Below are positions 9,934-18,103 of a stretch of DNA of 64,000 bases, in pieces (within the stretch, counting starts at the first letter, position 1; each line of letters begins with the position of its first letter). Under the pieces are notes generated by a model. It was not told where the DNA came from, ran no database searches, and worked only from the letters and a program-made list of their open reading frames with translations. The DNA comes from an uncultured Thermococci archaeon. GTDB taxonomy: Archaea > Methanobacteriota_B > Thermococci > Methanofastidiosales > B48-G16. The stretch spans positions 32,001 to 96,000 of the forward strand of contig CAZQQT010000007.1 in the NCBI GenBank assembly GCA_964595645.1. Direction: 5' to 3'. Made by a program: the position numbers and the translations under genes.

Positions 9934-10503
9934 ATGGAACAAAAAATAGTTTATTTCGAAAAAAAGGGGAAAGAAAACACAGGAACCGCAATAAACCTCG
10001 CAATGCAACGGGCTGAAGAGCTTGGAATAGATACATTTGTACTGGCTTCAACGCGGGGAGTGACCGCCGAAAAATTTGTGGATCGTGCTCCGAAGGAATG
10101 CAAAGCGATTGTTGTGACCCATCAAGCAGGATTTAGAGAAAAAGGAAAAACAGAAATGAGCGACGAAACAAAAGAAAAACTGAAAAAAGGAGGAATGGAA
10201 ATCCTCACGATGACACATGCACTCTCCGGTGTGGGAAGAGGTGTGTCACGGAAGTTTGATGGTGTCACGCCGCCAGAACTCATGGCGAGTACACTGAGGA
10301 TGTTCTCTCAGGGGATGAAAGTCTGTGTGGAGATAGCAGTAATGGCAGCCGATGCAGGAATCATTGATATGAGCAGTGAAATCATGACAATTGGTGGAAC
10401 GGGAAAAGGTGCAGATACCGTTGCAGTAATAAAGCCGGCACACTCATTTGATATCTTCGATCTTGATGTGAAAGAGATAGTAGCTATGCCGAGAGATAAG
10501 TAA
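9934..10503 (+). CDS. Pyruvate kinase alpha/beta-domain protein (COG1751)
   Basis: YFEKKGKENT, VLASTRG, FSQGMKVCVEIAVMAADAG, GGTGKGADT. Confidence 0.9.
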   Translation: MEQKIVYFEKKGKENTGTAINLAMQRAEELGIDTFVLASTRGVTAEKFVDRAPKECKAIVVTHQAGFREKGKTEMSDETKEKLKKGGMEILTMTHALSGVGRGVSRKFDGVTPPELMASTLRMFSQGMKVCVEIAVMAADAGIIDMSSEIMTIGGTGKGADTVAVIKPAHSFDIFDLDVKEIVAMPRDK

Positions 10504-10567
10504 ATGGACTAAAAGTTTAATTTCATATACCTTAAGTGCATAGACCGGAACATTTATAAAGAGGGGT

Positions 10568-10999
10568 GTGTATAGAGAAGTGATGAATGACATAGACGAT
10601 CTCAGAGAGGAACTGAGGAACGAGTTGAAGGAAGAGATGCAGAAACTGCGAGATGAGATCCTCACGAAAGGGGAAGAAGAGATAGCTGAGCTTATCCCCG
10701 AAAAAAAAGAAAAATCTACTTTCGACGAGGAATTTGCAGAGGAAATACTGAAGGCCCTTGCAAACAAGGAACGACTGAAAATATTGAAAGAACTTTACGG
10801 AAACGCCAAGTATTTCTCCGATCTTCTCGAATGTACAGGACTCGACAACTCCCCACTACGATTCCACCTAAACAGCCTCAGGGACGCGAGATTCATCGAA
10901 CAGGAACGGTACAGGGGAAAGTATCTCATCACCACGCAGGGAAAAATCGCTGTGAGAGTCATCGAGTTTCTCTGTTCTAAATGTGAGGTGAAAGAATGA
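10568..10999 (+). CDS. ArsR-like winged-helix regulator with N-terminal coiled coil
   Basis: KALANKERLKILK, LRFHLNSL, GKYLITTQG. Confidence 0.85.
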   Translation: MYREVMNDIDDLREELRNELKEEMQKLRDEILTKGEEEIAELIPEKKEKSTFDEEFAEEILKALANKERLKILKELYGNAKYFSDLLECTGLDNSPLRFHLNSLRDARFIEQERYRGKYLITTQGKIAVRVIEFLCSKCEVKE

Positions 11000-11373
11000 A
11001 GATTAGAAAAAGTATAGATGAGCTGCAAAAAATAGACCTTAGTGTGGAATGTCCCGAATGCGGGAGAAAAATACGAATTAAAGAGGAAATCGATCTTGAA
11101 GAGGGCTTTCAGGATCCAACATCAATCACAGACATATTCGAATCAATGCTGCTCCAGTGTTCCTGTGGAAATGAGTTTTTTGGAGCGGAAACAAAGGAAA
11201 GTGATCTCATAGATGACCTCGTGGATATACTCATCGAACTCAAGCATGACGGGAAAGTCTCTTACGACGATGGAATATTTTGTCTTGATATAGGCATGAT
11301 TGAAGGCCTGAAATATCTGAAAAAGCTGAAAGATCTTGGAGAAAAATACGACAGGGGTGATATCTTTGAGTAA
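10996..11373 (+). CDS. Hypothetical Zn-ribbon protein
   Basis: CPECG and CSCG; ATGA overlap with the regulator. Confidence 0.6.
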   Translation: MKIRKSIDELQKIDLSVECPECGRKIRIKEEIDLEEGFQDPTSITDIFESMLLQCSCGNEFFGAETKESDLIDDLVDILIELKHDGKVSYDDGIFCLDIGMIEGLKYLKKLKDLGEKYDRGDIFE

Positions 11374-12919
11374 CGCAAAAATCGCAGAAAAACTCTGCAA
11401 CAGAGTAGCATTTGTGTTTCTAGCACTCTGGTTTATTGTCCAGGTGACGGATATACTCGGAACGTACGAGTATCCTGCGTACTTCCTTGGGCTTGTGTTC
11501 CTGTTCTTCCTCGCAGGTTCTATCTTCGGAGGCATGAAATACAGAGCAACGGTGAAAAAGGTAGCGTACGGCATCGCCAAGGCCACCTTCCTTATCTGGC
11601 TGTTCATAAAAATTGGCGGCCATTTTGACTGGGTGGGATTCACCACACCGCTCATCCTTGGAGAGTGGTCATGGACATGGATCGAATACTCCCAGTACGT
11701 CATCATCGCGTTTTTCGCCTCGATACTCATCGGGTACACCGCTGGAAAACACAAGCGGGGCATCAGAACGGTGATGTATGGAATTGGCTTTGTGGGTATC
11801 GCGTTCTGGATCTTCGTAAAACTCCTGGATCTCATTCCAGAGTACCAGACGGCAATTCTCATTGGAAGCATCGGCGCCGTGGCCATCGGGTATGTTGCCG
11901 GTGTGTTTGAAGAAGAACGTCGGTTCCGATGGGTCCATGAAGTTGAGGAGGCTGAAGAGATCCACGAACCGAAGATACAGGAAGAAGCTCAGGTGCTCAC
12001 CGACGACTGCGAGATAAAAAAGGGAAAAACGACGTTTACTATGGATAAGGGTAGTATATTCGTGCCCATCGCCAACGGAGAGGAAATCGGTGGTGTGTTC
12101 TTTGGACAGGGATCCTACGTGGTTGATGCTGAGGTAAAAAAGTACATCAACGTCTTCCAGGGCATCACCGCCCTCACCGGAAAAAAGTGGAATGCCACGA
12201 AAAAGAACATCAAGCTGCAGAGTGCGGAAGACAAAGATTTTGATACTATGGGGCTGAAAAAAGAGGAAATCTTCGATCTCGCGCGGATACAAATAGAAGA
12301 ACGAGAATGGAAGAAAATAGGGAAGAAATTCAAGAAAAATGTAACAAACTTTGAAATGCCCTTCATCAAGGTACGAGAATCCGAAGACGGAGAGTACGTG
12401 AAGGTAGGACCCATCGAGGTAGTCGGGAAAGGAAAAGGATCGAGAGTGAAGATGGGCCCCTTCACCTTCAACGAAGGCATGGACATCGAATGGGAAAACA
12501 GACGACTCTACGATCTCTCCGCCAAGATACGTACAAAAGACAAGGAAATTTCGTTGAAAGTAAAGGATGACAGGGCAACGCTACGGGAAGACGACAGACT
12601 GGTGGTGTCCACACCGGGAAAAGTTATCGTCGAGGATGGTGACGTAAAACTGAAGATCAAGGGGGGCAAGAGGATCCTCAAAACGAATGATCTTAAAATA
12701 TACGAGCGCGAGGAGAAAACAATCCTCAAAACACCCAAAACAAAGATTGTGCTCAACGACGAGGTAAAGATCACACAGAACGGCAAGATGCGGACACTGA
12801 AAAATCCGAGAATGCGTAGAGAGCTGCAGGACGCGATTGACAAGCTCATACGAGATGCTTTAGACAAAAAAGAGATGGAAGAACTGGACGACCTCCTAAC
12901 ACGACTGGAAAAAGAGTAA
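11336..12919 (+). CDS. Hypothetical membrane protein (about 6 TM plus a soluble beta-rich C-terminus)
   Basis: Hydrophobic first ~190 aa, charged remainder; start uncertain. Confidence 0.7.
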   Translation: MEKNTTGVISLSNAKIAEKLCNRVAFVFLALWFIVQVTDILGTYEYPAYFLGLVFLFFLAGSIFGGMKYRATVKKVAYGIAKATFLIWLFIKIGGHFDWVGFTTPLILGEWSWTWIEYSQYVIIAFFASILIGYTAGKHKRGIRTVMYGIGFVGIAFWIFVKLLDLIPEYQTAILIGSIGAVAIGYVAGVFEEERRFRWVHEVEEAEEIHEPKIQEEAQVLTDDCEIKKGKTTFTMDKGSIFVPIANGEEIGGVFFGQGSYVVDAEVKKYINVFQGITALTGKKWNATKKNIKLQSAEDKDFDTMGLKKEEIFDLARIQIEEREWKKIGKKFKKNVTNFEMPFIKVRESEDGEYVKVGPIEVVGKGKGSRVKMGPFTFNEGMDIEWENRRLYDLSAKIRTKDKEISLKVKDDRATLREDDRLVVSTPGKVIVEDGDVKLKIKGGKRILKTNDLKIYEREEKTILKTPKTKIVLNDEVKITQNGKMRTLKNPRMRRELQDAIDKLIRDALDKKEMEELDDLLTRLEKE

Positions 12920-13002
12920 TCATCTTTTCTTCTTTTCTTTTTTGTATCTCTTCTGAGAATAGAGGAGACAAGATTTAAATATCTCCGAATGTTCATGTGC
13001 GT

Positions 13003-13704
13003 ATGAAGAAGATAACTGCAGTGCTCATGATTTTCTCGATGCTTGCGGTGGGCTGTATCGGTGGGGGAGATGAACAGACCACCACGACAGCACCATCGAC
13101 TACTCCAGCCGTTCCTACTACTACTGCGGCTCCCACAGAAAAGTCGTTGGAGGATGTATTCACACCATTATACAAGGATAAAATGTGGGCAAAGCACATG
13201 GCGGCATCTGAGGGGCAGGAAATTCCTATTATCATGAGAATGTTCGATGAGGACGAGATGTACATTTTTGAAACAGAAGCGCCAGTACAGGGGATAAGAG
13301 CGGTAATCCAGGTATGGTACTCCGCAACAGGAGAGAGCATTCTGGAGGGCGAGCTGGTAAAATATGCGGTGAAGATGGATGAAACCGTATACTGTACGAA
13401 AGCGACCACAGCCCCGGCCCCGCTCCAGTATCCCGAAAAGTACAGCATGTATAGCGTTGTCAGGGAAACGACGTACACCACTCCCACGGGAAAAGAAGTA
13501 CCGGTTTTTGTGGTGAAGGATGGAACGGAGGAGTACTGGTTTTCCAGTGAGGTACCGTTCTCCATTGTAAAAATTATCTCCGACGGAGAAGAAATCCTGA
13601 TACTCAATGATTTTGGGTTCGATGCAGAAAGGGAAATATCACGAGAAGAAATAGAACACTGCCAGCCCATGGAGACACCTCCTCAGCAGACAACGAGTCC
13701 GTGA
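13003..13704 (+). CDS. Lipoprotein of unknown function
   Basis: Lipobox AVGCIGG and a Thr-rich linker. Confidence 0.8.
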   Translation: MKKITAVLMIFSMLAVGCIGGGDEQTTTTAPSTTPAVPTTTAAPTEKSLEDVFTPLYKDKMWAKHMAASEGQEIPIIMRMFDEDEMYIFETEAPVQGIRAVIQVWYSATGESILEGELVKYAVKMDETVYCTKATTAPAPLQYPEKYSMYSVVRETTYTTPTGKEVPVFVVKDGTEEYWFSSEVPFSIVKIISDGEEILILNDFGFDAEREISREEIEHCQPMETPPQQTTSP

Positions 13705-13761
13705 TTCTATACTATAAAGATCGGCATGTACTAATCCATAATCTTTTTTCTTTTATGATGC

Positions 13762-13962
13762 TTACTCTTCTCCCAATGTTTCTATGGGGCTCACATCTCT
13801 GAAGATACCAAGACCATTGAAGTACTTCTTTACCCGTACAGGTATGTGGACCTTGGAGATACCACTCGCCTCTTCCGTAACGTCCACCGATCGGTTGGCA
13901 TCATGGGTGAAATCAATGTAGACAATGTTGTACTCCGGATTCTCATCAAAACCATCGCCCGG
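13762..13962 (-). pseudogene. C-terminal remnant of an unknown gene
   Basis: Open frame GDGFDENPEYNIVYIDFTH...PIETLGEE* with no start; ends close to the 13992 repeat. Confidence 0.4.
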
Positions 13963-13991
13963 GCGCTACCATCAGGAGATGATGTAGTCGA

Positions 13992-14057
13992 GGATGAGAC
14001 ACCAGTAATTTTTTAATCTATTTTATTACTTCCTTTTTTATATATTCCAGAAAAAGA
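13992..14057. repeat. 66-bp direct repeat, copy A (duplicate of the DUF6884 gene 3' end)
   Basis: Matches 15097-15162 with 5 mismatches by eye; minus strand encodes LFLEYIKKEVIK*. Confidence 0.9.
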
Positions 14058-14168
14058 TGGAAAGAGTTCTAACACTCTTAGGAGATCCTTCTCCAATACA
14101 TGCCTAAAAATTCTATTAAGAATTTATTAAGAATTGTGGAACGTTATTAAATAGTTCATACACCGTTT

Positions 14169-14660
14169 CTACGGTGTCATTACAGTTATGAACTCCACTC
14201 TCCTAAAGTCGTTGTCGAAGGTAGCAATATCAGTTATTCCATACTTTTTCATCGTTGCAACATGGAAAGCATCAGTTGTAAGCAGTCCATACTTCCACGA
14301 AATCTCCACTGCGCTTTCGAGAAGCTGGCTTGATACCTCAACAATTCGCAACCCTCTGATAGCTGTGATCTCTTGTATGTTTTTTCTGGTTCTATGTAAT
14401 GTAGAGATTGCTTCAGGTTTCTTTCTCAAATATTGTATCGCCTGTCCCATATCTTTGTTATATTTTTTACAGACCTCTAACATCATCATTTTATGGAGAA
14501 CTTCATTGAGCACGAAGAGTGAGCTCATTCCACTAACCTCTCCTTTGTCCATCTTCTCTATAAGTTTCTCACACGAATCAACAAATTGAGGATGCTCTGT
14601 GACGTAATATATAAATATATTCGCATCTATGAAAACAGAACTACTCACAACGACACCCAT
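14169..14660 (-). CDS. vapC: VapC/PIN toxin
   Basis: VFIDANIF, LNEV, TDAFH, ATFDNDF. Confidence 0.92.
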   Translation of the reverse strand: MGVVVSSSVFIDANIFIYYVTEHPQFVDSCEKLIEKMDKGEVSGMSSLFVLNEVLHKMMMLEVCKKYNKDMGQAIQYLRKKPEAISTLHRTRKNIQEITAIRGLRIVEVSSQLLESAVEISWKYGLLTTDAFHVATMKKYGITDIATFDNDFRRVEFITVMTP

Positions 14661-14833
14661 AACTCATCCTCGATAATTTCATCGACAACTCGAGGATCAA
14701 CCTTTAAACTTCCTTTCATCGATTTCACATCTTTTTGTTCTGTTATCTCTATCTCCACCTCTTCACCCTCCTTTAAATTTAATTTTTCCATTGGTTTTAA
14801 CACTTTGTTTTTGTATATAGCTTTTATTTTCAT
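14645..14833 (-). CDS. AF2212/DUF104-family antitoxin
   Basis: IKAIYKNKVLKPMEKLNLKEGEEVEI; overlaps the PIN gene. Confidence 0.9.
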   Translation of the reverse strand: MKIKAIYKNKVLKPMEKLNLKEGEEVEIEITEQKDVKSMKGSLKVDPRVVDEIIEDELWVSL

Positions 14834-15096
14834 GAATATTCCTTGTCTTTTGACTTAATAAATCTTTTCCATACACTATCTGTCTCTTGGAAAAAAATTA
14901 TTTAAGCATGGAAACAGTACTGAATGACGGATAAACAGATTGCAAAGAAAAATAAACCACTCTTAGGGGATAACGCTTGAAAAAATTCTATATTTTGTGA
15001 TTATGAAAACAATTGTTGTTTCCTAGAATTGGAGGATCGGTATATGCGAGATGTGACTGATCCTGGCTATGAAATTCCATAAACACGAATTCATGG

Positions 15097-15162
15097 GGAT
15101 GGGACATCAGCAATTTTTTAATCTATTTTATTACTTCTTTTTTTATATACTCCAGAAAAAGA
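15097..15162. repeat. 66-bp direct repeat, copy B
   Basis: Spans the DUF6884 stop codon; see 13992-14057. Confidence 0.9.
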
Positions 15163-15641
15163 CTGCCTTTCAGAGAAATCACGGGGGCGTGATGCTGTTT
15201 TGCCTCGTTAATCCCGCAGGGTATCGTCTCTGCACCCTGTATTTCTCTGTTCGTGAAAAACACTGACGGAATTGGAATATCTATTAAGAATTTTTCGATG
15301 GCAGTGAGATAATCTTCGCCGAGCAGAAAAAATACCTTTTCGTAGGTGTTTGTCTCGATTATTGATCGCAGTTGCTCCTCGATACCGAGATCCTCACTTC
15401 TTCTCCGTATCGCGTCTCTCCGCATCGTAGTGAAGCTCAGATCGTACGGTTCAATTCCCGTATCCTCATGAATGAGCCCGTACTTCGCAGAGAGAATGTA
15501 CCAGTCCACACTGTGGTAGTTCCGCAGAAGCTCGGTGCCTTGCTTCGTGAGGAGATGCTGGGTTCCCTGGTACAGCTCCGCAGCCCTCTCTTTTCCCTCT
15601 TTTTTCTTCTTGGTGCAGGATGAGACAACGAGAATATTCAT
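15123..15641 (-). CDS. DUF6884/YaaA-like protein, last gene of the preQ0 operon
   Basis: VVSSCTKKK..AAELYQG and WYILSAKYGLI...IEPYD; ATG separated by 1 nt from the queC stop. Confidence 0.7.
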   Translation of the reverse strand: MNILVVSSCTKKKKEGKERAAELYQGTQHLLTKQGTELLRNYHSVDWYILSAKYGLIHEDTGIEPYDLSFTTMRRDAIRRRSEDLGIEEQLRSIIETNTYEKVFFLLGEDYLTAIEKFLIDIPIPSVFFTNREIQGAETIPCGINEAKQHHAPVISLKGSLFLEYIKKEVIK

Positions 15642-15642
15642 A

Positions 15643-16287
15643 TCACTCGTACTCGATGGGATCCTCGCACCCTGCCTTCTCAAACCCTTCCAGCCGGAGT
15701 GTACATGACTCGCACTCACCGCAGGCCTTGTCCGTGGCAAAGTAACAGCTCCACGTGTGTTCAAAGGGCACGCCGAGTTCTATCCCCTTTTGAATGATCT
15801 CCTGTTTACTCATCTCGGCCAGCGGTGTCTTCAAGGTGATATCCCCCCGTTTCGTTCCTTTCTCAATCAACTGTTGGAATGCCTCGAAGTACTGAGGCCG
15901 GCAGTCCGGATATCCAGAGAAATCCACGTAGTTTGCGCCGTAGAAAATGGCCTCTGCACCCACCACCTCGGCCCACGCCACGGCCAGTGAGAGGAAGATT
16001 GAGTTCCTGAAGGGCACGTAGGTACTCGGAATACCTGTGTCATCCCGCGTGACCTCGAGGTCATCTGTCAGCGCGGATCCACCTATCTCCTTTAGAAAGG
16101 CGAGATCGATGATCTTCAACTCTGCGTTGAAATGATCGGCGAGATGGGTGACGCACGCTTCTTCTTTTTCTACGGTGTTCTGCCCGTACGTGATAAAAAG
16201 CGCGTAGAGATCGTACCTTTCCCTCTGCGCGATGGCTGCGCAGACGGTAGAATCAAGTCCGCCCGACATCAACACAACAGCCTTCAA
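15643..16287 (-). CDS. queC: 7-cyano-7-deazaguanine synthase
   Basis: SGGLDS, TYVPFRN, YPDCRP, TWSCY..CGECESC. Confidence 0.97.
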   Translation of the reverse strand: MKAVVLMSGGLDSTVCAAIAQRERYDLYALFITYGQNTVEKEEACVTHLADHFNAELKIIDLAFLKEIGGSALTDDLEVTRDDTGIPSTYVPFRNSIFLSLAVAWAEVVGAEAIFYGANYVDFSGYPDCRPQYFEAFQQLIEKGTKRGDITLKTPLAEMSKQEIIQKGIELGVPFEHTWSCYFATDKACGECESCTLRLEGFEKAGCEDPIEYE

Positions 16288-17057
16288 ATTGATCCCTCCG
16301 AGTAGACGTTATGGCGGTGAATGGACTCGTAGCTCGTGCAGGTAGCTGTTGCGTGACACCCGAACCGTTTTGACCGTTCGAGGATGCCGCGGGTCACATC
16401 CTCCACGAACTTCGGGTTTTCATGCATATCGCGGATAATCTTCGCCTCGTCCTCTGTTTTGAGCAGCGTGTAGACCCGGGAAGAGAAACTCTCCTCCACA
16501 ATGGATATCATCTCCTCAAGGGAGATCTCCTTCTCTAACGCACATGGGATCTCCAGTGTCGCCTTGGCCCGCTGTATATGCGTCTTCCCCGAGGTCTCCA
16601 GTGCGTGGGGGCAGAGCGTGTTGCCGATAACCTCGACCCGCAGGATTTTTCGCCACTCACCATTGTAGATCACGGTTACCTGGATATCGTGGACCTCGAT
16701 AGTGCACTTCTTCGACCGCGGTGTCTCCTCCTCGAGAGGAAGTGTTGAACTAAATGAGATCTCCGCCTTCTCGTACGGATGCTTCTCTCGCACCCGCTGG
16801 AGAATATCTCTGCCGAGATCCTCGAGAGAGTAGTGCTCCTCTTCGATCTCCTCCTCGAGACACGCAGTGATGGACTCAATCAGTCGGGACATATGGATTC
16901 CCTTTCTGTCCTCGGCAAGATCGATGTAGATATCGATCTCAGGGATATGTCTGTACTTCTTCCCGTCCCGCTTTATCTTAATGAGCGTTTTTAATTCTGT
17001 AATTCCAACTTTGTTGAGTTTTATCCGTTGATCCGGTGGTTTGTCCTGTGTATTCAT
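16284..17057 (-). CDS. folE2: GTP cyclohydrolase, FolE2/MptA family
   Basis: KGIHMSR, TLCPH, HIQR, NPKFVED, ESIH. Confidence 0.9.
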   Translation of the reverse strand: MNTQDKPPDQRIKLNKVGITELKTLIKIKRDGKKYRHIPEIDIYIDLAEDRKGIHMSRLIESITACLEEEIEEEHYSLEDLGRDILQRVREKHPYEKAEISFSSTLPLEEETPRSKKCTIEVHDIQVTVIYNGEWRKILRVEVIGNTLCPHALETSGKTHIQRAKATLEIPCALEKEISLEEMISIVEESFSSRVYTLLKTEDEAKIIRDMHENPKFVEDVTRGILERSKRFGCHATATCTSYESIHRHNVYSEGSI

Positions 17058-17674
17058 CTGAGATCACCTAATTTATGGAGCTGGGTGAGTATCCTAAGAT
17101 CGTGATCGATGGGATCTTCACGATAAATGGAAAAAAGCTTTTTGTACTGGAGCTCGTGGAAGTTTGGCTGCAGGATAAGCGGCACATCGAGATCTATCTG
17201 CCTCAGCACGTTTTTCACAAAGAGGTAGTCGTCTCTATCAGAGATAACGGCCTTGAGCTGTCCCTCCTCCATAGTGTCCAAAATTTTTTGAAGAATGGGA
17301 AGATCAATCTGCATCCCGCTACTCGGCGTCTTGAGATCCACGCTAACAAACTCGACATCTTTGATAACATCTTTATATATTGTTCCATTCGTCTCAAGTG
17401 CAACGTTATGGGGCAATGCCTCAACGAGAGGCGCAATATCCTGGAGAAGCGGCTCTCCACCGGTGATACATATCCAGTTCGTGGAGAAATCCTCTATTTC
17501 GTCCACGATATCGTCCAATGACACCTGATCTTCCCGGGTTCTTGCATAGGAGGTGTCACACCAGTTGCACCGAAGATTACACCCGGCGAGCCGTATGAAG
17601 CCCGTGGGCATGCCGCTCTGGAGTCCTTCACCGTTGAGAGAAAAGAAGATCTCACTCAGAAAGTACTTCTGCAT
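17054..17674 (-). CDS. queE: 7-carboxy-7-deazaguanine synthase (radical SAM)
   Basis: EIFFSLNGEG, CNLRCNWCDT, TGGEP, ETNGT, QLHK. Confidence 0.95.
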   Translation of the reverse strand: MQKYFLSEIFFSLNGEGLQSGMPTGFIRLAGCNLRCNWCDTSYARTREDQVSLDDIVDEIEDFSTNWICITGGEPLLQDIAPLVEALPHNVALETNGTIYKDVIKDVEFVSVDLKTPSSGMQIDLPILQKILDTMEEGQLKAVISDRDDYLFVKNVLRQIDLDVPLILQPNFHELQYKKLFSIYREDPIDHDLRILTQLHKLGDLR

Positions 17675-18005
17675 AGTTGTGTCTCCCCTCCCAAACTTGT
17701 ACCGCGACCACCTTCTCCGTGTTTTTTCTGATCTCGTCGTAGATAGATCGCGCGATGTTCTCTACAGTAGGTGTATCGAAATACTCGTTGAGATCTGCGT
17801 GATCGTACCGTTCTACAATGGGGTTCACGATCTTTTTGACTTCATCAAAATCCATAACCATTCCCGATGCCACCTTTCCCTCCAAGGTAACCACGAGTTT
17901 GTACGTGTGACCGTGAAGGTTCTTGCACTTCCCTGCATGTTCCTTCACTCTATGGGCAGCATCAAAATAGAATACCTTGCTTACCTTCGTTCGCATATAA
18001 ATCAT
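17652..18005 (-). CDS. queD: 6-carboxytetrahydropterin synthase
   Basis: FDAAH, CKNLHGHTY, MVMDF, DHADLN, PTVEN. Confidence 0.95.
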   Translation of the reverse strand: MIYMRTKVSKVFYFDAAHRVKEHAGKCKNLHGHTYKLVVTLEGKVASGMVMDFDEVKKIVNPIVERYDHADLNEYFDTPTVENIARSIYDEIRKNTEKVVAVQVWEGRHNYAEVLSE

Positions 18006-18103
18006 TTATTCTGTCACTTAAAAAAGGTATTTGTGATCTCTAGCGCAGTGCGCCGAAGATGGTGGAGAGGAATGTATTTAAAATATCACGGAAAGAGTAC
18101 TGT

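Noticed and set aside
15123-18005. Dpd-type 7-deazaguanine DNA modification system or QueC-based defence
   Set aside because: No dpdA/TGT, dpdB-K, QatABD or cyclase gene is in the window; QueC looks canonical and is explained by archaeosine precursor synthesis
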